NCBI RefSeq assembly: GCF_044704955.1 | Contig: NC_091990.1 | Location: 30,256,001-30,320,000 of the forward strand | Reading direction: 5' to 3' | From: Pristiophorus japonicus | Taxonomy: Eukaryota | Length of the DNA stretch: 64,000 bases | In this document: one piece after another, positions 37,520 through 51,576 of the stretch | Numbering within the stretch: position 1 is the stretch's first letter | Layout of the letters: the number at the start of each line of letters is the position of its first letter | Notes under the pieces: generated by a model | Seen by the model: only the letters and a program-made list of their open reading frames with translations | Told to the model about the DNA's origin: nothing | The model's database searches: none | Position numbers and translations under genes: made by a program

Positions 37520-39349
37520 TCACCATTACTGATACTAGATTTTTACTTCATTGGCTGTGATGTGTTTTGGGGTGTCTTGAGGTTGTGAAACGTACTATGT
37601 TCATTTGTTTTACTCACTCGCTACTGGGATCAGATTGTTGGACCTGTTATAATGGGTGATGTTCATTTGATTAGTCTGTACTGAATTTGAACCCAGACTC
37701 GTGAGGCTGAAAGATTGGTGTTCTTATTCACTGACCTGTTCAAAGTACTTCCCAACTTTAGATAAATGTTGGCCTTGGTTGCAGATTTAAGGCAAAAAGA
37801 AAATGTTCTGAATGTCTCACAGACCATCGGATCTCCCTCAAATATCGTCACTGGGATGGAGTGTTCTGTGCTGGGTGTACAGGAAATAATAGCATGCTTC
37901 TTCAATTTGGTCTGAGAGTTCCTGATCCTTGGAAACCAGGCTACTGGCTGGGAAATCTGCATTTCCAGTCTGTTTTTTAGGACCCCTCAACTTGGTTTGA
38001 AATCATGTTTCCCGTTTGCTCTCGTGAAGCATCCAAGCAGCCAGTGTCTCATAGTAGAAACAATTTACCTTTTTTCAATTGAGGCAAATATGTTTTATGA
38101 AATAGGATGGCACTTTGAACAAAAAGTATTTCTCCTAAGAAAACTTGACTTAAATATTGCCTCTACACATATGGCTATTGCATGCTCTATCATACAAGGT
38201 GAGTGCTCCTTGTGAAATATGTAATCCTTTCCCAGTAATGAAAGTAGTCCTCGGTTATAACAAATTGGCAATAATTGGACCATCAAACATGATCTTCTAT
38301 TACTGCATCATCAACCAACTGTACTTTCCTGTGGACACTCCATTAATGAAGATCGTTCACATGGCTAATTGGCTGCATCCCAAATTTATGTTTGGGTACA
38401 AATGTGAATTCTCTACCACAGAAAGTTGTTGAGGCCAGTTCGTTAGATATATTCAAAAGGGAGTTAGATGTGGCCCTTACGGCTAAAGGGATCAAGAGGT
38501 ACGGAGAGAAAGCAGGAATGGGGTAGTGAAGTTGCATGATCAGCCATGATCATATTGAATGATGGTGCGTGCAGGCTCGAAGGGCTGAATGGCCTACTCC
38601 TGCACCTACTTTCGATGTTTCTGTTATTCATTGGGAATAGAAGTCTTGTGTACACTGCATGCTACTACTATCTTTCATACTGAGGTAAGCTTGTCCATAA
38701 TGGAAATGGTCTCCTTTTATGATCTTTTAAAGTATATAACCGCAGTAGAAATCAGGCCCACACTGAAGTGCTTGGGTTCTGACAATCACTTTTTTTTAAT
38801 AATTCTCCCAGCATATTTGCTACCATTGCAAAGTCGATTTTATAAGCCTTGCCACAATGAGGCCTAGGCGATAATTAAAATTGAACTTTAAATGTGTTCT
38901 TTCCCAATAGTGAACAAATTTATTGTCTCCATTTTTAAAATTAAAAGTGCTGACCATGTACAGATTTAAACCTAGCCTGTAATTTTTATGGGACATTAAC
39001 TGGTTTAAAGTGGTAGGCCATGTGCAACAGTAAACAAGGTGATTACAGTGTGGTATAACTCACTGATCACAAGGCTAAGTAAGATGATTTGGTTCATCCT
39101 CCATTCAGAAAGGCTCTAAAGTCTCCCCACTGCAGCATCCATTTGGCTCTTAAAGGATTCCAGGGTTTCTATCTCTCTTGGTCTTATCCAGGAGTCCATT
39201 CCATGGATTGATCACTCTTTTAAAAACTTCCTGATATCTGTCCTAAATTCCTCCTTTACTAATTTGAACCAGTACCCTTTAACCCACTCTTACAAATACT
39301 TTTCTGGATTTACTTTTTCGGTACTATTTATCATATACCTCTCCAAGAC

Positions 39350-41487
39350 AACATAGAAACTAGGTGCAGGAGCAGGCCATTCAATGAGTTCATGGCTGAA
39401 CATGAAACTTCAGTACCCCCTTCCTGCTTTCTCGCCATACCCCTTGATCCCCTGAGTAGTAAGGACTTCATCTAACTCCCTTTTGAATATATTTAGTGAA
39501 TTGGCCCCAACCACTTTCTGTGGCAGAGAATTCCACAGGTTCACCACTTTCTGGGTGAAGAAGTCTCCTCATCTCGGTCCTAAATGGCTTACCCCTTATC
39601 CTTAGACTGTGACCCCTGGTTCTGGACTTCCCCAACATTGGGAACATTCTTCCTGCATCTAACCTGTCTAAACCCGTCAGAATTTTAAACGTTTCTATGA
39701 GGTCCCCTCTCATTCTTCTGAACTCCAGTGAATACAAGCCCAGTTGATCCAGTCTTTCTTGATGGGTCAGTCCCACCATCCCGGGAATCAGTCTGGTGAA
39801 TCTTCGCTGCACTCCCTCAATAGCAAGAATGTCCTTCCTCAAGTTAGGAGACCAAAATTGTACACAATACTCCAGGTGTGGCCTCACCAAGGCCCTGTAC
39901 AACTGTAGCAACACCTCCCTGCCCCTGTACTCAAATCCCCTCGCTATGAAGGCCAACATGCTATTTGCTTTCTTAACTTCCTGCTGTACCTGCATGCCAA
40001 TCTTCAATGACTGATGTACCATGACACCCAGGTCTCGTTGCACCTTCCCTTTTCCTAATCTGTCACCATTCAGATAATAGTCTGTCTCTGTTTTTACCAC
40101 CAAAGTGGATAACCTCACATTTATCCACATTATACTTCATCTGCCATGCATTTGCCCACTCACCTAACCTATCCAAGTCACTCTGCAGCCTCATAGCATC
40201 CTCGCAGCTCACACTGCCACCCAACTTAGTGTCATCCGCAAATTTGGAGATACTACATTTAATCCCCTCGTCTAAATCATTAATGTACAATGTAAACAGC
40301 TGGGGCCCCAGCACAGAACTTTGCGGTACCCCACTAGTCATTGCCTGCCATTCTGAAAAGTACCCATTTACTCCTACTCTTTGCTTCCTGTCTGACAACC
40401 AGTTCTCAATCCACGTCAGCACACTACCCCCAATCCCATGTGCTTTAACTTTGCACATTAATCTCTTGTGTGGGACCTTGTCGAAAGCCTTCTGAAAGTC
40501 CAAATATACCACATCAACTGGTTCTCCTTTGTCCACTTTACTGGAAACATCCTCAAAAAATTCCAGAAGATTTGTCAAGCATGATTTCCCTTTCACAAAT
40601 CCATGCTGACTTGGACCTATCATGTCACCATTTTCCACATGCGCTGCTATGACATCCTTAATAATTGATTCCATCATTTTACCCACTACTGAGGTCAGGC
40701 TGACCGGTCTATAATTCCCTGTTTTCTCTCTCCCATCTTTTTTAAAAGGTGGGGTTACATTGGCTACTCTCCACTCGATAGGAACTGATCCAGAGTCAAT
40801 GGAATGTTGGAAAATGACTGTCAATGCATCCGCTATTTCCAAGGCCACCTCCTTAAGTACTCTGGTATGCAGTCCATCAGGCCCTGGGGATTTATCGGCC
40901 TTCAATCCCATCAATTTCCCCAACACAATTTCCCGACTAATAAAGATTTCCCTCAGTTCCTCCTCCTTACTAGACCCTCTGACCCCTTTTATATCCGGAA
41001 GGTTGTTTGTGTCCTCCTTCGTGAATACTGAACCAAAGTACTTGTTCAATTGGTCTGCCATTTCTTTGTTCCCCGTTATGACTTCCCCTGATTCTGACTG
41101 CAGGGGACCTACGTTTGTCTTTACTAACCTTTTTCTCTTTACATACCTATAGAAACTTTTGCAATCCGCTTTAATGTTCCCTGCAAGCTTCTTCTCGTAC
41201 TCCATTTTCCCTGCCCTAATCAAACCCTTTGTCCTCCTCTGCTGAGTTCTAAATTTCTCCCAGTCCCCAGGTTCGCTGCTATTTCTGGCCAATTTGTATG
41301 CCACTTCCTTGGCTTTAATACTATCCCTGATTTCCCTCGATAGCCATGGTTGAGCCACCTTCCCTTTTTTATTTTTACGCCAGACAGGAATGTACAATTG
41401 TAATTCATCCATGCGGTCTCTAAATGTCTGCCATTGCCCATCCACAGTCAACCCCTTAAGTATCATTCGCCAATCTATCCTAGCCAG
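39350..41487 (-). mobile_element. Young 5'-truncated CR1 with nearly intact RT
   Basis: 467-aa ORF (40063-41466) continuing in another frame as a 220-aa ORF; full set of RT motifs; 3' tail at 39350. Confidence 0.95.
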
Positions 41488-43741
41488 GCTTTCTAAGGCT
41501 GAGAAGCCCTAAATTATCTAATCTTTCTTCATAACCTGGACCTTTAACCCTAGTGATTACCCTTGTGGTTCATTCTGCTGCTGTTGGCAGTTGAATATTT
41601 CCCTGGTGTTTCATTGACCTTGTGCCAGTATTGTTTGATGTGGAGTGATCTAAATCCAGTTTATAATACCTGTCATTCCTTGTTATTTATTAACCAGGAC
41701 CACAGGGGAAGTTGGGTAGGTAGAGAAAGAGACTATAAGCCCTTTGCAACAGAAGGAAAGGAAAATTAGAAATTTAATTGATATGGGCCTTTTTATGCTG
41801 CTCATTTCCTTAAGAATTACTATAACTTGGGAATGGTGTGAGATCTGAAACAGGTAAAGTAACTTTGATTTTTTTTTTAAATCATCAAGGCACAAAATAT
41901 ATTTTAATCTTTTTGCAAATAAGAAAAATGTTTCTTCCATGATCACTCTTGTAACTAAGGTAGTACATTTTGTTTACTTATTCTCTTACCGACCAGCATA
42001 GGTCTTGAGCACCTCACCTAAGTGAACATCCTCTGAGTCGAGACATTGTTGGACTATTTAACCATGAGCAGCCAAGCTGGATCCTATCATTACTGATAAT
42101 AAATAGGAGAAGGCCATTTGGCCCTTTGTGCTTGCTCTGCCATTCAATAAGATCATGGCTGATCTGTTTCCCAGAAACCGATTGGGAATGGGATTTAGTT
42201 TTCTTCCATAATTGAAGAACTTTGTAGCATCCCTACCACTGCCCTAGTTGGGTTCAGATGATACAGGAGATAGGGCTTGTGACTTGCATAGCTTGTATGA
42301 TGCAAGTAAAAACTAGATAACCTGGTTGAGACATGGTGTTAAGCAGCACAAGAGGGATAGACATTTAACTTCATCTGACTCATATTTACAAAATGCACAC
42401 GTGTTTTCTTGAACCAATGTTGCTGATTCCCATCATTTTGCCGTTTAACTTTCAGACAGGCAGTTGGTCACTGTAGTTTGGTTCAGGCATCAGTCTAAAG
42501 AATTTTACCTGCCAATGTCTTGCTGCAGTATATGAAAGGTTACATCATTTGATGCTTCTACATCATCCTGTAATGTGAATTGGAAAAGGGTGGCTTGTTG
42601 CTGTCCATAAGTGGTTTAAACTACAGAAAGTTTTCTTAGAGTGCTCACTTTCCTTTTGCGGATAAAGTTGTGGATTTTCTCAAGTAACTTAAACCCAAAA
42701 CAACTATTGCTTTTAAAATTGATTTTTAATTCGAAATGAAATGTAATGAAACATGAAGCCACATCAAGATTCGCATACCCATCTAAACAAAACAGTAAAA
42801 AATCTACTAATGTCAATCATCAATTATAGTTGGATCCTGATAAATGGTTACATTAAAATTTCTATAGAAAACTTGAAGCAAGAAAAAATTATACCTCAAG
42901 GCATTTCATTATTTAATCTGAATCCAATTTTAAACTGACAACTTTTAGTGGTCCTGAAAATCTGATTTTAAAAACAGACAATGCTGAAAATGTACAGGTC
43001 AATGACATCTGAAAGAAATATGCATGTATGTTTCAGGTGCAAGTCTTTATCAAAGTTGTGGGTATTCTCATGATGAATCACACCCCAATCCGTTAACCTA
43101 TCTTTCTCAATCAGATGTTCATCATCCTGCTGTACACTTCAGCCATTATCTGTTTATTATCTTTCAATTGATTTAATTTCAAATCATCGTGCATGCTGAT
43201 GCTATGAGCTACCATTGGAAACCAACTTGAAATATTGAGCACCCTTGGAACTAAAACACACATAACTGAGGGGAAAAAAAGTTAAACTTGGTTCAAGATT
43301 ACACATTCAATTTAAACTACCAAGAATTACATACCCTCAACTGGAGTAAAGAGGAATTCTGAGTTTAGAGCAGAGGATGCAACAGCCATCTGCCCATCTG
43401 TTTGGAATTTAGATTCTGTTTCGGGTTTATCTATAGTTACCCAGTTTATAAAATGCAACTTTTTAGTATTTTGTAGTGCATCATTTTTGTTGAATGGAAT
43501 AGAAAATCTGTTTTGTGCCACAAAACCTAATCAAAATGCAGTGCTTAACATATCAGGGTGAAAACTCCACCACAGGCTGACCATTTTAAAATGATTGGTC
43601 ATTAAACAAATAGCAGGAAGTGGCTAAGATGATACTCATTTCAAAATGGCTGCATATGTATGATACCGGAGAACTGCTGGGCAGCCAATCACAATTATTT
43701 CCTACGCCCATCGTAGTGACAGAATGTATAATGGCTCTTTA

Positions 43742-43842
43742 TCACAGCAAAATGAGGGTATTAATAGCAATAACTATGGACAGGAAAATGACTCCCAGTA
43801 GACCAATGTATCCATAGGAACCATTCATTCTTTTCTCTGGCA
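43742..43842 (-). CDS. MGST3: MGST3-like last coding exon
   Basis: tcacag|TG CCA...CTG TGA; VPEKRMNGSYGYIGLLGVIFLSIVIAINTLILL*. The four exons sum to 453 nt = 150 aa + stop. Confidence 0.9.
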
Positions 43843-45484
43843 CTGTGAAGAAAAAGCAGATAACGTAGCTGAACCAAAGTACATAATGTAAAACAAAATA
43901 TGGTTTCATTATTTGAGATAACTAACACTATAAAGTACTTTTTTTTTTAAGTATAAATTGCAGGTTTGATCTGTTACCAGTTATAAATAAGTATAAATAT
44001 TGGACTATTTTTTTCCAATTTTTTGTTGAAGTAGGAGTTTCATAGCTTGATCTATTATGATCCAGTGAACTCCATGTGCCCCTCACTATTTGCAGACCAC
44101 ATGCAGAACAAAGGTGGGGTGGGGTGGGGAAAGGAATCAAAGGTTTCAAAAAAGTTTGAAAATTTAGGGGGCAGGGAGAGAAAAACAAGCCAAGGCTGAG
44201 ATGACAAAATCAAGCAGGTAGACCAGGAGAGGGAAAACAGTGATCGTTGGGTAGATCAAAAGAAAGCAACCACCGAAACAAACTGCTGCAAATACACAAC
44301 CAGTTAGTCAGAATCTGTGAAGAATAGGTTATGATATTTCTGATGTGTAAGCCTTCATCAGAAGGAAAGACAGATAAATGGGCATTTTGGTGAGGTTGGA
44401 AATGGGAGAGAATTGACAAATACCCCAACTGGGGGGAGGGAGTTAAGGTGTTGTGATCCATAAGCTGCTTAATAAGACTTGAATGATTAAAAGATCGGAG
44501 TGCATGCGTCTCCTGATGCATGTGCAGAAGCGAGAGTTTGGACAAATCACCGACTCCACCCACCTCCCAGCACAATTTCCACCTAAAGACTTTTTTTCTG
44601 TCTAAAGCGGTTAGTCAGCTTGTCAGTTTTCTAGGTTAGCACATTTGCATTATCTAACTACTGACACCAAAATACTTCACCAATAGAATCCTACTCTAGC
44701 TAAAGACCGCATGTTTTGGTTGTGAAAAACACCTATTGCTTTTCTGCTATTTAGCCTTTATTGTTAACGCTGACTCTGCATGTCAGTTTGTCTTGGTTAG
44801 TAATGTTAGCTGGTAGGTTGATAACCCTCTCCAGAGCTTCAGTATTTTATTGCTGATTGCAGGAGAGGTTATCTTTCGGGCGAGACATTAAACTGAGGCA
44901 CAGTTTTCAGGTCTCTGGTTTTGGTGGATGTGAAAGATCCCATGGCATTAACTGAATTAGAGTAGGGAGCTCTTGTATCCTAGCCAAAATTTCTCCCTCA
45001 ACCAATATAGCCAAAATCAGATTAACAAGCCGTTGCTGTTTGTGTAACTAAATGGCTGCTACATTTTCATTGGACCTCAAAAACTTTATCATAAATGAAG
45101 AGCATTGACACTTTTCTGAGAGACACAGCGAATTGTCATAATCTGGAATGCACTGCCTGAAAGTGGTGGAAGCAGATTCAACAGTAATATTCAAAAGAGT
45201 TGACCAAAGAGTGGACAAATACTTGAAGGGAAAAAACATTTCAGGGCTATGGGGAACGAGCAGGGGAGTGGGACTCATTGGATAGCTCTACCAAAGAGCT
45301 GGCACAGACACGATGGCCTCTTTCTGTGCTGTATCATTCTATGAGATACAGAAAAGCATGTTTTTCCATCAATATTGGAGTACTTTAAAGTAACATAGAT
45401 AATAAATGTGTTTAACAATGTAATTTGTTTTCTTCTAAAATATAAAATATTTGTATAGAAAAAGAGAATTTGAATAATACGTAC

Positions 45485-45557
45485 CCCCTGAGTAATATCC
45501 CCATGCATAACTAAATCGGCTGGTTACCCAGATGATACCAAGCAGAGAAGCAGTGAT
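45485..45557 (-). CDS. MGST3: MGST3-like coding exon 3
   Basis: tcacag|ATC...GGG G|gtacgt; 73 nt; ITASLLGIIWVTSRFSYAWGYYSG. Confidence 0.93.
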
Positions 45558-45659
45558 CTGTGAAATATTAAATAAACTGGATTATTTTATTGTTCAGTGT
45601 GCGATATGAAAAAATGTTTGGAACCCACAATGAAGGATATCATTAACAAAGAAAATCAG

Positions 45660-46316
45660 TGGTCCAAATTTTGCGGGGCTGATGATGGCGTACGCCTTCT
45701 AAAATTCCCCCGCATGTTCCGGGTTTCCACATGCACTTTGCGTGCATGAAAATCCAGAACTTGCGATCTATCAAGGTTCACATCGACAGATATAGCGCAT
45801 CGCCTCAAAAATCACTTCGCTGGCGCAGAGTTGGACTATTTGCCCAACTGCCCAGCAAATGCCCACGAAACCCTTACGCCTGGTAAAAGTGTTAAGTTAA
45901 ACATTTTATAATTTTAAAAAATCATCCACAAACATTTAAAATTAGTTCACACATTTTTTCCTGGATTAAAATGTTTGAAATTATTTTTCAAAAAATTAAA
46001 TGTTATTGTATATGCTTTATTGAAGGGAGTTTTAATTACATTGGAAAATGGGAACATTTATTTTTATAATTTAATTATTTGGGGATTCATAATATGCTTA
46101 TGGGGATTCCATTCATAAATGGAATCCCTATAAGCATATGAGAACCTGGCCCGCGTGAACCCAGGGACGCTTCCAAACCACCTACGTCCCTGGGATCTGT
46201 GGGCCTTTCCACAGGCGGACACCTGCAGGCCCAGGACCTGAAGCCTGGGAACCTGAAGGTAAGTGTGGATATTTTTAGCAGGTTGGAAACATACTCCAAC
46301 CCCCAATTCCGGGCCA
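45660..46316. mobile_element. Possible MITE-like element in an MGST3 intron
   Basis: Imperfect inverted ends tggtccaaatt / aattccgggcca; CpG-richer ends flank an AT-rich core. Confidence 0.35.
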
Positions 46317-47093
46317 ATGGAAAATACTTGGTTTTGTGTACATGTCTAAAATTATACTTTTTGTTCTGGAGCAGAAAATAGCTGTTAGTATATACTAAAA
46401 GTCACTGCACTTCAAAATATGTATGCACTTTGAGATGTTTCTAAGATTAAGATGTTATCCAAATGGTAGATTTTCTTGTTCGAATTTGTATATTTCTCAT
46501 AAATATAAGAGTCACTAATAAATCCAATAGAAAATTCAGGAGAAGCTTCTTTAACCAAAGAGTGATAAGAATATAACTAAGTATGCCAACCAACCCAATT
46601 TTACCTCTACCCTGTCACATAGTTTTCTTTCAGCAGAAGGATGAGGCAGTGCAGATTTGCCCATGGTCTGTGGGAGGGTGTAAGACAGAAAGTGCCTTTT
46701 ACTCTGTTCTAATGCAAAATGTGTCACTACTGCAGGACCATTCCCCTCTATAAAACTGAGGCAGGCAGAGCGACGTGAACCCCAGGATTAAATGAAGTGC
46801 ATTTTCAGGAAGCTAAAGTTATGTCAATCATGTGATAATTTGTTGAAGAATCAATATTTTGCATCAGTGCCTGTTGAATTATGTAATCTTTTTAAGTTAT
46901 TTGCTCTTTGTAGAAACAAGACAGTGTTCGTTATAAACTCATGAACTATACAGTCCTTCAGATAAAAGCTGTAGGAGTTACGTACTGTGGAACTAGTTAC
47001 CTTACTGGCTGGAGAACAGCATGGAAAAGGACAGCACAGATTATTTTGGGCAGAATAGTTCCCTGAGCTACAATGCCATATCCTCATCCTTAC

Positions 47094-47216
47094 CGGATAG
47101 ACAACTCCAGCTATCAGTTGGAAAATCAGCCACTGAGGAAATATCTCCAATGTGTTTTGATGTGCTAGTTGGATGCAGTTGAATATTGGCTCTTTATCAC
47201 TATACATGGCTGGATA
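47094..47216 (-). CDS. MGST3: MGST3-like coding exon 2
   Basis: ttccag|TAT...CCG|gtaagg; 123 nt; YPAMYSDKEPIFNCIQLAHQNTLEIFPQWLIFQLIAGVVYP. Confidence 0.93.
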
Positions 47217-47954
47217 CTGGAAGGAAATAAAAGGTATCATTACAAAACTTAATGATCAGCCGCACGACCTAATTCCAGAACTCTCATGAATGTTTCAGCT
47301 TAAAGTCCATTATTACTGACAGTCGATGGGAAATTAATCCAATAAATTCTACTTCAACTAAACAGATCCCAGCTTTCCATGAATGCTTCAAATTATGTTG
47401 CAGAGCTCACTAACTAATGCTGTATTTTAATATATTTTGTAATTTACTGATCAAAGACCAAAGTAAGAATTAAACCAGTATCTTCCAACTAAAACCCTTT
47501 CCTCAACCCTAAAAATAATAATTCCTATGAAAATTGCAGTATCTCATGCATAACCTATTGTACATCAATCACTGCCATAAGAGTAGTCAAGTTAGCTCAA
47601 ATATTAACAGTGTGGCCCTTAATTGCATACCAAGAGACTTAAAAGCACCAACTACTAGTGAAAGAGAAAACTGCTGTGACTGGTCTCTAAAAGACTAATG
47701 ATGGAAAATTCCTGGAGCAGACTGTCCTTTATAAACATTAGATTAGTCTAGTAAAGGGGAATCCATGTCCTGTACACTGTCAGAAACTTCTAAATGTAGA
47801 ATAGTAAAAATGGAAAAAAAAATATCCAGGACCATGGAGGAACTCTAAGTCCCTTTCAGTAATAGTATTTATCCTAAAAGTTATCTTCTCTCAATTGTGG
47901 TTACATGCAAAAATAATCAAGGACAACTTTACCTTCTGAAGTTACTTAGCTACT

Positions 47955-48752
47955 AAGAACATGAGAAATAGGAGCAGGAGTAGACCATTCGCCCCTCGAG
48001 CCTGCTCTGCCATTTAATAAGATCATGGCTGATCTGATCATGGACTCAGCTCCATTTCCCTGCCCGCTCCCCATAACCCTTTATTCTCTTATCGCTCAAA
48101 AATCTGTCTATCTCTGCCTTAAATATATTCAATGACCCAGCCTCTGCAGCTCTCTCGGGCAGATAATCCAAAGATTTGCAACCCTCCGAGAAAAAGTTCC
48201 TCCTCGTAGTTTTAAATGGGCGGCCCCTTATTTTGAGACTATGTCCCCTAGTTTTAATTTCCCCTATGAGTGGAAATATCTTCTCTGCATTCACCTTGTC
48301 GAGCCCCCTCATTATCATATGTTTCGATAAGATCACCTCTCATTCTTCTGAACTCCAATGATTATAGGCTCAACCTATCTTCATAAGTCAACCCTCTCAT
48401 CTCCAGAATGAACCTAGTGAACCTTCTCTGAACAGCCTCCAATACAAGTAATATCCTTTCTTAAATACAGAGACCAAAATTGTATGCCGTACTCTAGATG
48501 TGGCCTTACCAATACCCTGTACAGTTGTAGCTGGACTTCCTTACTTTTATACTCTATCCCCCTTGCAATAAAGGCCAACATTCCATTTGCCTTCCTGATT
48601 ACTTGCTGTACCTGCATACTAACATTGTGTTAACAAGGATCCCCAGGTCCCTCTGTACTGCAGCACTGCAATTTTTCTCCATTTAAATTATAATTTACTT
48701 TTCTATTTTTTCTGCCAAAGTGGATAACCTCACATTTTCCCACATTATACTC
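47955..48752 (-). mobile_element. CR1 3' fragment
   Basis: QVIRKANGMLAFIARG...RPHLEY...; frameshifted; ttcttag tail. Confidence 0.88.
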
Positions 48753-49448
48753 TTAGTTTCAGTTAATGTACGAAGATTTCTTGGTTGGAGATCATCAATT
48801 TCCAACTGCAATGTATTTTGATGCTATTCTGATTTCCCGAATTACTTCACACCATTGCTGAATTATTTGCAAGAATTATTCACATTGTATAATGTCTTGC
48901 CAATTAGTCTCCTGATGGGCCTTTCACATGGCTTTTCATTATCACCTTGTAATACACAGTGCATTGAAACAAGAATAGCTTTCCCTGCAAAGACAGAGGA
49001 AATGTAGTGCCATTACACACTTCAAAATACTTTCATCCTTACTTAAATTCATAATCTCTGACCAAATTAGTTTCCCACATTACAATAGTGACTATGCTTC
49101 AAAAGTACTCCATTGGCTGTAAAGCACTTTAAGATGGCCAGTGGTCGTGAAAGGCGCTATATAAATGCAAGTCTTTATTTTCAAATATATTAATTGTAAT
49201 GTTTCTAGAGAGAAAAGCAAAACCTTCCTCTTTGCGAAGGTATTTATCCTTTAATTCTATTTTCACATTTCTCCTCTTTGGGCTGCCAGGGCTAACTATT
49301 CATTAATCAAGAAGGATATAATAATTGTAGTTAGAAAATAGTTTCAGACATTTAATATATAGTCAACCAAGTGGAGTTGACTATTTAATTGGTATTCGCA
49401 CACCATTGCTCTTGCAACTCAGCTGCAAACTAGGTGGTATATTAGGTG

Positions 49449-49900
49449 GCAGCCTTGGTTCAGTGGGTAGCAATCTTGCCTTTGAGTCAGAAAGTTGTGG
49501 GTTCAAATCCCACTGCAGAGACTTGAGCACATAATCTAGGCTGGCGCTCGAGTGCAGTGCTGAGGGAGTGCTGCACAGTCAGAGGTGCCATCTTTCGGAT
49601 GAGACAGTAAACCAAAACCCCGTCTGCTCTCCTAGGTGGATGTAAAAAAAAATTCCACGGCACTATTTCGAAGAAAAGCAGGGGTGTTCTCCCGGGTGTG
49701 CTGGCCAATATGTATCCCTCAACCAACATCACTAAAAGAGATTATCTGGTCATTATCACATGGCTGTTTGTGGGAGCTTGATGTGTGCAAATTGGCTGCT
49801 GCATTTCCGACATTACAACAGTGACTATAACTTCAAAAAGTACTTCATTGGGATGTCTTGCGGTCGTGAAAGGCAATATATAAATGCAAGTCTTTTTACT
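49449..49900 (+). mobile_element. DeuSINE copy
   Basis: Same head, core and tail as 11382-11870. Confidence 0.85.
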
Positions 49901-50239
49901 TTAGCAGCACATTGATACATCAATGGCTCACAATTGTGTTGTTAAAAGTATCTAATCATTTTTTTGGGTGGACTGAACTTGTATCCATTGAGGTGAGGGA
50001 CATCGATGCTGGGGACTAAATTCTTTTCTACTTTGGCATCCGGTGCCAGTATCAACTAGTCTTACTCCAGTTACGGCATAAACTAGATGCAAAGTAATGT
50101 ATCTCAGCTACAAATAATGCACTTTAACCCCATTCTCAGAAAAGTACCGGCAACTGTGTGGCATTTTCCAAGCCAGCTATCTTTCTAATCTCTGAGTAAC
50201 ACTACCATTTTGTTTTTTGTGTTGTGTACATTGGCGGCC

Positions 50240-50715
50240 TCCTGTGCTGTAAGGCTCTATCAGCCCATTGTGCCTGTGCTGGCTCTTTGAAAGAGCTGTC
50301 CGATTAGTCCCACGCCCCTGCTCTTTCATCATGGCTCTGCAAATTTTTCCTTTTCAAATATTTGTCCACTTCACTTTTTAAAGTAACTATTGAATCTGCT
50401 TCCACCGCCCTTTCAGGTAGTGCATTCCAGATCATAACATCTCACTGCATTTACAAAATTCTCAGCTCCCCTTGGTTCTTTTGCCAATTATCATAAATCT
50501 GTGCCCTTTGGTTATGACTCACTTTTGTGTCAGTAAACAGTTTCTTTCTATCTACTCTGTCAAAACCCTTCATAATTTGAATACTTCTATTAAATCTACC
50601 CTTAACCTTCTCTGCTCTAAGGAGAACAATCCCAGTTTCTCCAGTCTCTCCACATAACTGAAGTCCCTCATCCCTGGTACCCTTCCAGTAAATCACCTCC
50701 ACACTCTCTCCAAGG
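50240..50715 (-). mobile_element. Old CR1 3' fragment
   Basis: Similar to 29706-30325. Confidence 0.7.
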
Positions 50716-51142
50716 CCATGCCAGACACCCGCTAGGAAGTGAGTTGAAACTGCTAAAACTTATTTCATTTAGGACTCTTAAAGGTAACATGGTTTAGCAA
50801 GTTTACTCCAATCAGTCGAGACTGGATTTGAACCATGGTCCAAGGTAAAGCTATATACAAAAAGTGTGTCTGCAGTGATCTGTTATGACTCAATTTTGCG
50901 CTTTCTGAATAACCCAGATTGTTTGATAATACTGTCAATAGGTTGGAGATATGACAGCAGACCACCCAATTTCTGAGCTTTCCAGTTACTCCAACACATT
51001 TCATTGACAGCACTCTGGTGCAATGAGGTGGAAAATCTGACCGAGGTCCTATTAATCGGAATGGATGGGAGGATTCCAATAAAAATCCAGATAGCATTAC
51101 AATTCTACATTAAGCCTGAAGTAATTTTATGCACAAATGCCT

Positions 51143-51576
51143 ATGTCAGCTGTGACTCATTGGGTAGCACGCTCGCCTCTGATTAGAAGGTTGTGGGTTC
51201 TCATCCCACTCCAGGGACTTGAGCACATAAATTTAGACTGCCATTCCAGTGCAGTTTTTCGAAAGAGATGTTAAACCGAGGCCCCATCTGCCCTCTCAAG
51301 TGGACGTAAAAGATCCCCTGGCACTATTTTGAAGAGCAGGGGAGTTATCCCCGGTGTCCTGGCCAATATTTTCCTTCAATCAACATAACAAAAAAACAGA
51401 TAATCTGGTCATTATCACATTGATGTTTGTGGGAGCTTGCTTATGCGCAAATTGGCTGCTGCGTTTCTCACATTACAAAAGTGACTACACTCCAAAAGTA
51501 CTTCATTGGCTGTAAAGCGCTTTTAGACGTCCGGTGGTCATAAAGGCGCGATATAAATGTACGTCCTTCTTTCTTC
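51143..51576 (+). mobile_element. DeuSINE copy with a small internal deletion
   Basis: Same head and tail as 11382-11870. Confidence 0.85.

Noticed and set aside
40063-41466. 467-aa RT ORF as an active or domesticated gene
   Set aside because: 5'-truncated CR1 lacking the endonuclease and ORF1, frameshifted near 40080; intactness reflects young age.
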